DNA of 64,000 nt from a virus (IMGVR_UViG_3300027533_000001:3146-67145), one strand, 5' to 3'. Shown: positions 9,893 to 20,570, counted from the stretch's first letter. The notes: generated by a model from the letters alone, not told the origin. Program-made: numbers and translations.

Positions 9893-10627
9893 ATGACCGC
9901 CACCATCCCCGACCACGTCGTAGCCGAGTTTCTCGCCGACCCAACCAACGGCCTGTCACTCCTCTCCATCGGCGACCCGTTCATCCACCGTTCCGGCCTG
10001 CCCACCCGCGAGTACTACTCGCTCACCTACCCCGGTCTCACCAAGCAGGTCCACTTCGTCAACCCCCGGCCCGTCAACGGCTCCAAGGACACCATCATCA
10101 CCGCGCAGATGCGCTTCATGATCGTCCCCAAGACCATCGCCCCCGGGCATAACATCTCCCTAGGCGTGTTGCGTACCAACAATCCCCTGTGGATACGCGC
10201 CCTGGATGACTCCCGCGATGCCGAGATCGCCGAGGCCGGGTTCGCCAGCATCCTCAACGCCGAAGAAATGGTCGAGGCCACCAAGTCGCAGGCGCAACGC
10301 ATGGCCGACCGCATCGTCGACGAGACCACCGCCACCCTCAACCCCCTCATTCGCGAACAGAAGTCCCGCATCACCGCGCAGGAGGCCGAACTGTCCCGCC
10401 TACGCGCCGTGGTGGCCAAGCTCACCGCCGACAAGGCCATGACCACACCTAGTGACGAGGTGGATGCCGACGTCGACCTCGAAGCCATGGCCAGCGGCGA
10501 CGCCCTGGGAGACACCAACACCGCAGCCAGCGACGATGCCACCGCCCGTTTCCTCAAGCCTGCCCAGCCCGACGACGACGTAATGCTGGAGGAGGCACGC
10601 AAGGCCAGGGGTGGCAAGCGCAAGTAG
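9893..10627 (+). CDS. Hypothetical head-region protein with coiled coil
   Basis: RBS AAAGGAG; 244 aa directly after the capsid gene. Confidence 0.7.
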   Translation: MTATIPDHVVAEFLADPTNGLSLLSIGDPFIHRSGLPTREYYSLTYPGLTKQVHFVNPRPVNGSKDTIITAQMRFMIVPKTIAPGHNISLGVLRTNNPLWIRALDDSRDAEIAEAGFASILNAEEMVEATKSQAQRMADRIVDETTATLNPLIREQKSRITAQEAELSRLRAVVAKLTADKAMTTPSDEVDADVDLEAMASGDALGDTNTAASDDATARFLKPAQPDDDVMLEEARKARGGKRK

Positions 10628-10663
10628 TACAATAGTCCAGTCCCACAGGAGGTAGCCGCCGCC

Positions 10664-11419
10664 ATGCTGTACAGCGCCTATTGGAGATACCTAGTCAACT
10701 ATGACGAATCCGCCGTCGGCGGCTACCCCCATGAGTGGCAGTTTTGGTACATAGTCCTGCCGCAGTTCATGTCGGAGGTCTACAACCGGCACGGCAAGGG
10801 CTACTGGAATACCACCACCCTCTCTATCCCCATCCCGGCCAACGACAGCCGCATCGTCCTCCCCCAGGATGTGCTCACCATCGAACCGCATGGGGCATTC
10901 ATCACCGGCGCACCCATCATGGGTAATAACATTGTGGGCACCGGCTACGAGATCATACCTAATCACGACGTCCCGGGCATTGGCGCAGTCATGGAATACG
11001 GGGACCACGCCGACTACCCGCACCCAGGACCGGGGTACCCATCGACGTACCGCATCGCCGCCGCCTTGATCCCCGAGTTACCACCAGGAGATGACTCTGA
11101 GGGCGACTACAAGGTGATAGTGTTCAATCGCCCCGCAGTGGCCGGGTTGACCCTGCGTATCAAGTACGTCCAGCGGCCCCTCGTCCCGGCCCACCCACTA
11201 GGCGTATGGAGCGACACCAACCTCTCCCTCTACGTGCCTAATCAACTCATTCCACTATTGTCGGTATTCAATCGCGCCTTCATCTACGGCGACCGCGAGG
11301 CAGGCAACCAGGACAACCGGTTCGTGACCCAGATGAAACGCTTCTACGCCATGCTGGACACCCTCGACCCCATCATGGGGGCGTCACCTCGTGGCTATCA
11401 CATGGTTGGGTCCAACTAA
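10664..11419 (+). CDS. Putative head-tail adaptor / tail tubular protein A
   Basis: RBS AGGAGG; size and position between capsid and nozzle-like gene. Confidence 0.5.
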   Translation: MLYSAYWRYLVNYDESAVGGYPHEWQFWYIVLPQFMSEVYNRHGKGYWNTTTLSIPIPANDSRIVLPQDVLTIEPHGAFITGAPIMGNNIVGTGYEIIPNHDVPGIGAVMEYGDHADYPHPGPGYPSTYRIAAALIPELPPGDDSEGDYKVIVFNRPAVAGLTLRIKYVQRPLVPAHPLGVWSDTNLSLYVPNQLIPLLSVFNRAFIYGDREAGNQDNRFVTQMKRFYAMLDTLDPIMGASPRGYHMVGSN

Positions 11420-11442
11420 GTGACAGTTAGTAACTAACCACT

Positions 11443-13524
11443 ATGGCCGAATCCAAGCCTCCCATCTACGTGCCGCTCACGGGCGTCATCACCCAGGTCA
11501 ACCCCAGTGCGCCTCCCCCCGCCGCCGTCCACTGCCATAACTTCCGGGTCATGCCCAGTGTCGACGGCTCCCTATGGCTCCGTCTCTTCGGTGGGCGCAA
11601 GCTCCGTGCCATCTTCGCCAGCGGCCTCTGGAAGCAGTTCCAGGAATACCTCGACCCGTGGGTAGCCGGTTACCGCAACCACATGGCCCTCAAGGTGACC
11701 AGTACTACGGCCCAGTGGTGGTCGCTGTTCCTGGGCTACTGGGATGGGGTCATGGTGCTCAATATCGAGCAACTCTACGGCGGGGCATTTGTTCTCACGC
11801 ATCCGGCCCCCGTATGCAACACCAACGAGGGGATCGTCATGTACAACGGGATGGGGGTGCGCAATACCACCGCTGGCTCCTTCCCCCCATTTAGTATCTA
11901 TCTCGCCGATGTCAATCAACTCATCTACCTGGGCCTGGACTGCTTCCTCACCAATGCCAACTTCCCGCCAGTGGCTTCCGCAACCCCCGGGTCCATGACC
12001 ATCCTCAACGAGATTACCTTCTACGTCGGCCTGTTCAACACCCGTACCTACCACTTCTCCAATGTCGTCTATGTGGGTACCGTCACTGCCGGTTCGAGCC
12101 GCGGTGTGTGGATCAGCCAATTGCAGAACATCCACATGCGCAGCCACGGCACGTATGAGACCGGCTTACAAAAGTACGTGTTCTACGCCACGGTGGACCT
12201 GACCAATGCCGAAGTGGGGTACCTCATGATGGACCCCGCCGACCCCACCATGCCCATTACCGCGCCCATTACCGCCACTGAAATCACGATCCCCAACTAC
12301 GTGCTCGACGTATTCAAGGAGGCCCCGGTCGACAACTTCCCCCCACGTCCCATGCGGTGGATAGCATTTGTAGAGGGACGCATCTATGGTGCATTACTCC
12401 CCGGCGGTGGGCAATCACCAACTCGCCCCGACTTTAGCTATGTCTCACCAACCCATTATCTAAGCGGTATCGTCTGGAGTGCTGCGGCGAGTGACGTAAG
12501 TGAAACCTTCTTTCTCGGTGCCCCCGAGCACGCCTTCCCCCTGGATAACTTCCGGTCCACCCCCAGCAGTGAGCAACCCGTCTGGGGCGCGAGGTCCCCC
12601 GAGGGGAAGTCGCTGCACGTCCTCACCGAGACCACCAACTACATCGTCTACGAGGACATCGACGAGAGGCACTCATTCACCGAGATCCCGGGCCGGTACG
12701 GGATATTCAACACCTACACCTATTGTGAGAGGACCCCGCACGGCTCTATTTGGGAGACGCAGAACGGTGAGATCGTCGCCCTGGACGAGGCTGGCCGCAT
12801 CGACATCCTCTCCCGCCCGTACCAGGATAAGTTACGCGGTAAAACCTCGCGCTTCGCCACGCACACGTTCGACCCGCCCAACATGATCGACCGCTACGAG
12901 TTGTTCTTCACAGACGGCACCGAGTGGGTGCATGACTTCATCACCGGCCAGGGCTATAGTGCTGATGGGGACTTCACTGGGGGCAAGACCCTGATTGACG
13001 CATACAACAAACGTAATCACATGCTGGCCAACCGGGACTTCTTCACCGCCGCCGGTCAGCCCGATGACTCACTAGGGCGGGAGTTGGTCAAGGACGACAT
13101 TGTCACTGGCGGTATCGCCGTCCCCACCCGCCGCACTGGTGAGTACGAGTCGCACTGGATAGACTTCGGCGACCCCGCCAGTATAGGCAATGTGGCCGAG
13201 ACCCACATCCACGGCGACGTGCGTAGTGCCAACCTGTCCATCCATGCGTGGCGCGATCATGAGGAGCCGCTGGATGCGACTGGGATACCCAACCTGTTGA
13301 CTAGCGCCATCTTCAGCGCAGCCAACTACATGGTCACGGTGGGCAAGGCATTGCTAGGCACAGTATGCAATCTCAAGTTGCGTATCCGCCTAGTCGCCGA
13401 CGCGAATGAAACATTCTACCCCACGGCGTACCAGTACGCACGCATGACCCTTGCCAAAACCATGGTCGGCGTCGTGGGCAAACTGGGCTTTGTATTGACT
13501 AAGGGAAGGATAAGGTTACAGTAA
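11443..13524 (+). CDS. Putative tail nozzle / tubular protein B (DNA stabilisation protein-like)
   Basis: 693 aa, beta-rich and propeller-like; position typical of podovirus tail genes. Confidence 0.55.
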   Translation: MAESKPPIYVPLTGVITQVNPSAPPPAAVHCHNFRVMPSVDGSLWLRLFGGRKLRAIFASGLWKQFQEYLDPWVAGYRNHMALKVTSTTAQWWSLFLGYWDGVMVLNIEQLYGGAFVLTHPAPVCNTNEGIVMYNGMGVRNTTAGSFPPFSIYLADVNQLIYLGLDCFLTNANFPPVASATPGSMTILNEITFYVGLFNTRTYHFSNVVYVGTVTAGSSRGVWISQLQNIHMRSHGTYETGLQKYVFYATVDLTNAEVGYLMMDPADPTMPITAPITATEITIPNYVLDVFKEAPVDNFPPRPMRWIAFVEGRIYGALLPGGGQSPTRPDFSYVSPTHYLSGIVWSAAASDVSETFFLGAPEHAFPLDNFRSTPSSEQPVWGARSPEGKSLHVLTETTNYIVYEDIDERHSFTEIPGRYGIFNTYTYCERTPHGSIWETQNGEIVALDEAGRIDILSRPYQDKLRGKTSRFATHTFDPPNMIDRYELFFTDGTEWVHDFITGQGYSADGDFTGGKTLIDAYNKRNHMLANRDFFTAAGQPDDSLGRELVKDDIVTGGIAVPTRRTGEYESHWIDFGDPASIGNVAETHIHGDVRSANLSIHAWRDHEEPLDATGIPNLLTSAIFSAANYMVTVGKALLGTVCNLKLRIRLVADANETFYPTAYQYARMTLAKTMVGVVGKLGFVLTKGRIRLQ

Positions 13525-13721
13525 TGGATCAGTTGATTATGCTTATTGTCTACATCATCCTGTTTGCCATAGTCGCATATGGCCTCAACTGGGTGTGTGT
13601 CTCCTATGCATTGCCCCAGCCCATCCGCTGGATAGTGGGCGGGATATTGCTAATCGTCCTGCTACTGTTCCTGTCGCGCCAGCTGGGGGTCGGCAGCGGG
13701 ACTGTGTTTCACCGACCGTAG
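13524..13721 (+). CDS. Small two-TM membrane protein (possible holin; Thivi_2564-like)
   Basis: Two hydrophobic helices separated by LPQPIRW; 65 aa. Confidence 0.55.
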   Translation: MDQLIMLIVYIILFAIVAYGLNWVCVSYALPQPIRWIVGGILLIVLLLFLSRQLGVGSGTVFHRP

Positions 13722-13739
13722 CAGTTAGTCACTAACAAC

Positions 13740-14378
13740 ATGACCATCAGCCAGCGGGGGCAGGTCGAACGCCAGCTAGCCGAGTTGGACCGCGCCACCC
13801 GCCTGTCCCGCCTCGCCCCCGCCCCGCCACGTGCAGTAAAAGGCGCAGGCGGGATATTGAGTTGGAACGCCCCCCATCCCAGTAGTCCCGGGGTCTACAC
13901 TCACTTCCGGGTCTATGCCAACGGCGACGGTGACGACAAGCTGGTACGCCAACTCCCCGCTGACCAGCTATTCCTCAGTGACGGCCTCACCGGCGACAGC
14001 ATCTTTGTATCAACTTTCAATGCCACCACTGGGGCCGAATCATCCCGCATCCCCATGGTGGGGACACTCGCCGCCGCTGTCGCACCCCCAGTGACTAGTG
14101 CCGACAGCGACATCTACCCGTATCTATTGACTAGTACTGGCATCACCCTCATCACCTACGCTGCGCCTGCCAAGGACGGCGACTTCCTAACTGTCGACAT
14201 CCGCATCCCACTAGGCGTGCCGCCCACCAATATATACTGGATCGAGTGGGGCGGGACGTTCGATCTCGACGTGCCCAACGGGTTGAACGACGTACCCGGG
14301 GCGCGGAATCTATTCTTTTTCACATCAATAGGACTAAAATGGACCATGCTAAGTTATCGTGGATATGTGCCGGAATAG
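13740..14378 (+). CDS. Hypothetical tail-region protein
   Basis: 212-aa ORF right after a palindrome; Fn3-like segment (ILSWNAP...THFRVY). Confidence 0.6.
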   Translation: MTISQRGQVERQLAELDRATRLSRLAPAPPRAVKGAGGILSWNAPHPSSPGVYTHFRVYANGDGDDKLVRQLPADQLFLSDGLTGDSIFVSTFNATTGAESSRIPMVGTLAAAVAPPVTSADSDIYPYLLTSTGITLITYAAPAKDGDFLTVDIRIPLGVPPTNIYWIEWGGTFDLDVPNGLNDVPGARNLFFFTSIGLKWTMLSYRGYVPE

Positions 14379-16681
14379 CGGCATTGCTGTTAGTCACTAA
14401 CCCGCTTACCGCCCAGGGGAATGTGCAGTACTCGTGGCAGGGGCCAGCGGAGATGCTGCCCAACACCCCCACGGCTGGGGGCGACACTGGTGAGTTTAGA
14501 TACCGCGAGAGCAAGACCTTCGGGGTCGAGTACGCCTCCATACGTGCGGCCACCAGCATGTCTACGTCGTACCGCATGCGCCTCCCCCCGTCTATCGGCG
14601 TCGTCGACTACTGCGTCAAGCGCGGGGCCACCGTGGTAGACGGCGATGGGGTCAACTCGATCCCGCTGCGCTTCGACGTCTGCGCCGCCCCCGGTGGCAC
14701 CGAGTGGATTAGTGCCACTCACGACTCAGCCAATCAACACCTGTCCACCGTGTATACCAACAATGTGGTCGACTACGCCGACTGGGTGGTACGGCGATCC
14801 CGGGGCACCGAGGCCACCCCAACCGATACTGTGGTAGGTGATTTCATCGCTGGCACCAACTACCAAGCGCGGGTGGGTGGGACATTCAAGCCCCAGCTGA
14901 TTATTACCAGTAAACGTATCACTGCCACCCCCACCGCTGTCGCCGACTGGCGTCTCACCATGTACGACGCCGCCGGTGCCGCTCACGACAAACTCCTCAT
15001 CAACGACAAGGCCACCCTCGACAGCGACTTCCTCCCCGCCCAGGATGTGACCCACTCACTGGGTAGCACCGCCCTCCGCTGGAAGAAGCTCTGGGTACAG
15101 GACATTGACTGTACCGGCGCATGCGGCATAGGCAGTAACTGGTTCCGCAACACCACTGCCGGTTATGTACGTCCACTGGTGGCCACCGACGACGTGCGTA
15201 CCCGCGCCAAGTACGTCTTCGAGGATGCCGCCAGCGTGACTACTGCCGACATCGAGGTGTCGAGCGGCGCGAATGAGTCCATGCAATTCCGCGACAAGGC
15301 CGGGAACGAGATGCTCAAACTCCAGGTCCTCTTCGCTACTGTCTCCAGCAAGGAGGCGACCCTGGATGCCACCTTCATACCAAAGACCGGGAACCTGTTC
15401 AACCTGGGGATCGACTCGACCCGCATGTGGAACGGCCTGTACGTTCAAAGCGTCTACCCCGTCAACCTGCGGCCATCAGCCACCGCCGCCTCCGGTGCCA
15501 TAAAGTCATTCGCCCACCTGAACCCAGCCGCCGCCGATTCCTACGACCTGGGCACCGCCACCGACCGCTGGCGCACCCTGTTTGTCAAGGACATTGATTG
15601 CATTGGCGTATGCCCCGGCGGCAGTGGTGGGTGGACCCGTGTTACAACCCCTACCACCTTACTTACTCCTACGGTGGTTGCCGACGACGTGCGCATCACC
15701 AACAAGTTACTGTTCCAGGACCGGGCCGGTGCCGGGGTGCTTAGTGCCCTGACGTTTGACATCTACGCCGACGTGGGCGGGGCCGGGGCGCGGTACATGG
15801 TATTCCGAGACAACGGCGGGGCCGAGATGCTGAGATTAGAACGGATGGAACTCACCAGCGTCACCGACAAGGCCATATTTGACCTGCACCTCATACCCAA
15901 GGCGGCTGGTGCCCGTGACCTCGGCCTGCCCTACACCGGGGTACCCGCCACTGACCGGTACTGGCGAACCGCATACATCAACGGGGTATTCCTGGGGGCC
16001 ATGGCGAGTCTCACGGGTAATGGGCAGATACTGTCGTATTCCCACTTTATGCCGGATGCCACCACCAGCGACCGCGACCTGGGCGCAACCACCGTGCGAT
16101 GGCGCACCGCCTATGTGCAGAACATCAATGCCAGCCTCACCTGCACTGTGGCGGGGTCGTCATGTAATAGTCTACTCACTGATGCGGGGGCGACCACCTA
16201 CCTAACCGCGACCACTGACAACTTTTGTATTGGGTGTGCGACCACTACCAACAAGCTGGAAGTTGCCGGTAACTTCAGGACCACTGACGGCATCGAGTTA
16301 GGCAATAACCTCAAGTGGACGAGTGACGCTGGCGGCGACATTGGCCTACCCACCGGTAACCGCCCCGGCTCCATCTACGCCGTCTCTGCCTACTACGTCT
16401 ACAGCGGCGCTGGCCCGTCAGCCTTCGTCCGTACCTCCCTCAGCGGCGGCGGTCTCATCCTGCGGAGTAGCGTGGAATCATTCCCCGGCAGCGGTATAGC
16501 CGCTACGACCTTCTCGATCAGCGCCAACACCGGCAGTGTCATCACCAGCAGCGGCTCTGCCGACTTTGGTGGCGGGTACAAGGTGGGGGCCAACGTGGGG
16601 ATAAGCGGGACCTTTAGTGTCTCATTCATCGGCTGCACCCTGACCCTGGTAGGGGGATTAGTTACCGGGAGATCGTGTTAG
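14339..16681 (+). CDS. Tail-fibre-like repeat protein with N-terminal signal-peptide-like segment
   Basis: Start reassigned to ATG 14339 (MDHAKLSWICAGIAALLLVTNPLTAQ). About five DLG-x4-8-RW-xx-L/A-Y/F-V fibre repeats and several Cys pairs. Confidence 0.75.
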   Translation: MDHAKLSWICAGIAALLLVTNPLTAQGNVQYSWQGPAEMLPNTPTAGGDTGEFRYRESKTFGVEYASIRAATSMSTSYRMRLPPSIGVVDYCVKRGATVVDGDGVNSIPLRFDVCAAPGGTEWISATHDSANQHLSTVYTNNVVDYADWVVRRSRGTEATPTDTVVGDFIAGTNYQARVGGTFKPQLIITSKRITATPTAVADWRLTMYDAAGAAHDKLLINDKATLDSDFLPAQDVTHSLGSTALRWKKLWVQDIDCTGACGIGSNWFRNTTAGYVRPLVATDDVRTRAKYVFEDAASVTTADIEVSSGANESMQFRDKAGNEMLKLQVLFATVSSKEATLDATFIPKTGNLFNLGIDSTRMWNGLYVQSVYPVNLRPSATAASGAIKSFAHLNPAAADSYDLGTATDRWRTLFVKDIDCIGVCPGGSGGWTRVTTPTTLLTPTVVADDVRITNKLLFQDRAGAGVLSALTFDIYADVGGAGARYMVFRDNGGAEMLRLERMELTSVTDKAIFDLHLIPKAAGARDLGLPYTGVPATDRYWRTAYINGVFLGAMASLTGNGQILSYSHFMPDATTSDRDLGATTVRWRTAYVQNINASLTCTVAGSSCNSLLTDAGATTYLTATTDNFCIGCATTTNKLEVAGNFRTTDGIELGNNLKWTSDAGGDIGLPTGNRPGSIYAVSAYYVYSGAGPSAFVRTSLSGGGLILRSSVESFPGSGIAATTFSISANTGSVITSSGSADFGGGYKVGANVGISGTFSVSFIGCTLTLVGGLVTGRSC

Positions 16682-16707
16682 TTACTAACCACAAGGAGAA
16701 CCACCGC

Positions 16708-17082
16708 ATGCACCGCATTACCGTCATTGCCATCCTCATCATGTTGGCCAATATCATATTTGCCCAGTCGGCCATCCCCACGCCACTGATTGCCAAGGCC
16801 GAGTCCAGCACTGTCACTGTCTCCGAGGCCGACCAAATCAAGCATCTACGTCTCATTGACTCTATCCGCGCACTGGAGAATAACATCCACCGTCTCAAGC
16901 TGGAGTACGAGGCCAAGAAGAGTGAACTGGAGGCGTCACAACGTACCAAGATGGACGACTACACCAAGTTCATCACCGCGAAACGTGCCGAGTACAAGGT
17001 GGGTGAGAGCTATGAGATAGATATAGACAAAGGTATCTGGGTAGACCGCAAACCCCCAGTACCCCCTGCCGACAAGAAGTAA
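16708..17082 (+). CDS. Exported or membrane-anchored coiled-coil protein
   Basis: RBS AAGGAG; MHRITVIAILIMLANIIFAQ is signal-like, followed by a coiled coil. Confidence 0.7.
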   Translation: MHRITVIAILIMLANIIFAQSAIPTPLIAKAESSTVTVSEADQIKHLRLIDSIRALENNIHRLKLEYEAKKSELEASQRTKMDDYTKFITAKRAEYKVGESYEIDIDKGIWVDRKPPVPPADKK

Positions 17083-17142
17083 CGGTTAGTGACTAACTAG
17101 TACCCGTTAGTATATACTTACCCTCTAGGAGTATCCCAACCT

Positions 17143-18753
17143 ATGGCTGCGCAAGCCGTTCAACTCGCCGCCGCCGCGATCCCGTTCCTGTTCAAGCTAT
17201 TCGGCTCCGGCAAGAACAAGGAAACCAAGCAAGCCGAGGCCATGCCCGACGAGTTCATGTCGATCATGAAGCAACTGTTGGGCGATGCCAACATGGACAA
17301 GGCACGCGCCACTGCCCTATGGGATAACTACGTCCAGCGCATCCAGGACATGGCCGACCAGGGCTATGGCACCCCCGAAGACATCATGGGGCAGGGGAGC
17401 AGTGTTGTACGCGACGAAGGCCAAGGCCAAAAGCGCAAGGAGGAGACAGAGCAACTCGACGAGCGGTTCCGCAATGGGCCTAATGCCCAGACCACCTGGG
17501 GCGATGTCAGTGCCATTCTCGACCAGATGGGCATTGGCGCAGGTGCCACCTTCGATGCCGCCGAAGGTCTCATCCGCGACTCCAATGGCCGGGTCCTGGG
17601 CACCATCAATGATGTAGAGAAAAAGCTCCTGGAGATGACCGGGTCGACCTTCGACGCCGCCGGGGCAATACATCAAAAGCTCTACGGTGAACTCCGTGGC
17701 CGCATGGGGGCTGGCTTCAAGGAGCAGCGCGGCCAGCTGGGCAAGTTTGAAACCGACGCCACCCGCGCCTTAGAGGACGAGTACAAAGTCGACGCCAACG
17801 CCGCGATAGACAAGGCATTTTCACCCGATGCGACCAGTGCCCGGACAGGACGTGCATTTGCGCCAGCGGCGGCGGCAGCAGCATTTAGATCCCGCCGCGC
17901 CGGTCTCAGTGACACCGACCCCACGGCTGGGGCAATGCAATCCCGGGTCGAGGCCAGCAGGTCACGTGCGGTTGATGACGCACTCTCACTCGATGCCGAG
18001 AAGATGGCCAACGCACGTCTAGGCATTAGCGGCAGGGTACTGGACACGCGGCTAGGCATTGGCGGGAAAGTGCTCGACACCGGGCTGGGCATTAGCAGGG
18101 ACGAGATGGGCAAGGACATCAACCTGTCCACCGCCGACGAAGCAATACAACGGGGCCTCATTCTCGACCGGGGCGCTATTGACAGGGGCACCGTGGATAC
18201 TGCCGCGCAACGCCGCATCGCCGAGGATGTGCGTAACACCGGCCTCAACCTTGGCAATACCTACCGCTACCAGGATGAGTCCAACGCCGTCTACGCGGGA
18301 CGTATTGCGGCGGCAACAGATAAGTTGCAAAACAGTCGTGGTGACCTCGCCATTGCCACCGCCCTGGCTGACCGGCGCAACGAGGACCGCGAGTACCAGA
18401 ACCGGCTACGGGAACGCCAGTTCGGCGTGGGCATGCAGTTCGCCAATGCCGACTACGGGCGCAAGGACCGTGGCACCACCGCGATTGGCAATGCGTCCAA
18501 CGATGCGTTCAACCGCGCCTACCGCGATATAGTGGCCGCTGGGCAATTCGGGGAGCAGGCATCCCGTGGGTATGAACGCAATGCCGCCCGGGCCAACGAG
18601 AACAGCGGCACCTTTGCACGCCTAGCCAGCAGTGTGGGGGCAAGTGCGGCGAACTTCTTTGCCAGCAAGTATGGTAAGAAGAGTGGCGGGGGCGGCGGTA
18701 CAGACACCTATAATCCTACAGGCTGGAACCCCGGCACCGGCACCTGGGACTAG
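17143..18753 (+). CDS. Internal virion (DNA ejection/pilot) protein
   Basis: Amphipathic N-terminus (AAIPFLFKLFGSG), Ala/Gln-rich helical body, position after tail genes. Confidence 0.6.
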   Translation: MAAQAVQLAAAAIPFLFKLFGSGKNKETKQAEAMPDEFMSIMKQLLGDANMDKARATALWDNYVQRIQDMADQGYGTPEDIMGQGSSVVRDEGQGQKRKEETEQLDERFRNGPNAQTTWGDVSAILDQMGIGAGATFDAAEGLIRDSNGRVLGTINDVEKKLLEMTGSTFDAAGAIHQKLYGELRGRMGAGFKEQRGQLGKFETDATRALEDEYKVDANAAIDKAFSPDATSARTGRAFAPAAAAAAFRSRRAGLSDTDPTAGAMQSRVEASRSRAVDDALSLDAEKMANARLGISGRVLDTRLGIGGKVLDTGLGISRDEMGKDINLSTADEAIQRGLILDRGAIDRGTVDTAAQRRIAEDVRNTGLNLGNTYRYQDESNAVYAGRIAAATDKLQNSRGDLAIATALADRRNEDREYQNRLRERQFGVGMQFANADYGRKDRGTTAIGNASNDAFNRAYRDIVAAGQFGEQASRGYERNAARANENSGTFARLASSVGASAANFFASKYGKKSGGGGGTDTYNPTGWNPGTGTWD

Positions 18754-18791
18754 TGTTAGTTACTAACAGGGGTACAATAGGAGCCACCGCC

Positions 18792-20570
18792 ATGCCAGAC
18801 AGATTTGAACTATCCGATGAGGAGAAGGCCCGCCTACACCAACTCTACCCCCAGTTTAATCTCTATGGTGGTGGTGGCACTATTGACGACCCGTTACTGG
18901 GCAGTGACGAGGGCGAGGACCCCAGTGCCTTGCGTGACGAGATGACAAGCGGCGGTGGCGGCGGCGGCTACATCTCGGAGTCCGACGCACGCAAACTTGG
19001 CGAGGCCATGGCCAGGGATGGATCGTACAGCGGCAGTGGCGCAACCCCGGTGGCCACCCCGATAGCCCAGCGGGTAGCCCAGCCCACGATTGAACCCATC
19101 CCCAACTCGGTTGGCCCCACGCCCAAGCCAGCGCCTATTCCCAACTCGGACGGCACCCGGCCTCCCATGCAGCTATTGGGTGATGATGACGCCCCTCCCC
19201 CAGGTACCGGTACCCCCGTCCCACAACTCCCCCGCGCCTTCGACCCGGGCGGCAACTTCGGCAAGATGCCCATCATGGCACGCCGCCCACCGGGGCCTCT
19301 ACCCACCATCGCGCCACCTCCCCCCGCCAACCGGCTCCAACCCCCGGTCGACCGTGTGGCCCTCTACCGCCAGTTACGCCCATACCCGGGGCTGTCTAAG
19401 TCCGAGAAGATGTCGCAGATGATTGCCGATGGCTTCCGCGCCGCCGCCCAACCCGGTACTGGTAATGCCTTCCGCGATGCCGCCGCCGGTTACGCCATGG
19501 GCCACGACTCCTCGCAGGCCCTGATCGACAAGGACCGGGCACTCCAGGCCCAGTACGCGGGGCAGGTTGTCACGCACGCCGCTGGCCAGGAGGAGGCGTC
19601 ACGCAAGGCTGCGGAGACAGAGTCCAAGATCGGCAAGGAGCGGGGCGAGACCGAGCGTGCCTACGCCTACGCCGACTATCTGCGCAACCGCGGGGTCTAC
19701 TACACTCAACGGGGCGAGAACGAGTCCATGGACGCCTGGACGCGCCGCATCCTGGCCACGACCGAACCCGGCTTCACCCTATCCGAGAGCCAGACCCGCT
19801 TCGACTCGCAGGGCCGGGAGGTCGCCAAGGGCCAGCCCAAGCCAGCCGCCGCCAACGCCACCCTGGACAAGTACCAACTTGCCGAGAAGGTCAATGCCAA
19901 GCTAACGGCCATGTACGGGGCGAGGCATGGGGCAGACGCGCAGCGTGCCGTACTCATGCAAATCACCGGGGCCAACCCCCGAGCGATACCTGCCGGGTCT
20001 GCCTTTGCCAAGTACCTCGACGCCTACAGCGACCCCGACCCCAAGTCGCAAGCGGCCAAGATCGCCCTGCTCGACAAGGCCGCAGTCAAGGTTGCCGCCA
20101 TGCGCCCCGCCCCCCGCGAACAGCAGGCCCCGTACTGGGTGCGTGCCAAGGGGCCGATTGCGGATATCGTCGACTTCAACCTGTGGAAGTACAAGCTACC
20201 CAGCGGCGGCTATGATTGGGACCGGTTCAAGACCGACGCATTGAACCTCAAGCTGGATCGCAACCTGACCATCAAGGGACAGCGGGATGCCCGTGGCACC
20301 GACCTGGGCCGTGCGGTCGAGGAACTGCGGCGCGAGATATCCGAGACCGGGCCAGGGGCAAGTACGTCAGTCTATGGCCCCAACACTGACCGTGGCGCAG
20401 ATAAAGGTATAGTCGACCCCAAGGATTTTGCGGCCTTTGCAGCCGACCCCAATGCCGTAGGCCCAAAGTCACCCCGTCCCCTACCCCCGTCCACTGCACC
20501 CACTACACCGGGATCGATCATCCCGCCCAACGAGAGCATTGAAGACATCTTCGACGATAAGGTGAAATAA
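18792..20570 (+). CDS. Internal virion (ejection) protein, Pro-rich
   Basis: RBS AGGAG then ATG 18792; low-complexity Pro-rich and helical segments; translationally coupled to the next gene. Confidence 0.55.
   Translation: MPDRFELSDEEKARLHQLYPQFNLYGGGGTIDDPLLGSDEGEDPSALRDEMTSGGGGGGYISESDARKLGEAMARDGSYSGSGATPVATPIAQRVAQPTIEPIPNSVGPTPKPAPIPNSDGTRPPMQLLGDDDAPPPGTGTPVPQLPRAFDPGGNFGKMPIMARRPPGPLPTIAPPPPANRLQPPVDRVALYRQLRPYPGLSKSEKMSQMIADGFRAAAQPGTGNAFRDAAAGYAMGHDSSQALIDKDRALQAQYAGQVVTHAAGQEEASRKAAETESKIGKERGETERAYAYADYLRNRGVYYTQRGENESMDAWTRRILATTEPGFTLSESQTRFDSQGREVAKGQPKPAAANATLDKYQLAEKVNAKLTAMYGARHGADAQRAVLMQITGANPRAIPAGSAFAKYLDAYSDPDPKSQAAKIALLDKAAVKVAAMRPAPREQQAPYWVRAKGPIADIVDFNLWKYKLPSGGYDWDRFKTDALNLKLDRNLTIKGQRDARGTDLGRAVEELRREISETGPGASTSVYGPNTDRGADKGIVDPKDFAAFAADPNAVGPKSPRPLPPSTAPTTPGSIIPPNESIEDIFDDKVK

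Noticed and set aside
18773-18778. TACAAT after the palindrome at 18755 as a -10 box
   Set aside because: It abuts the SD sequence, so a transcript would start inside the RBS, and there is no credible -35.
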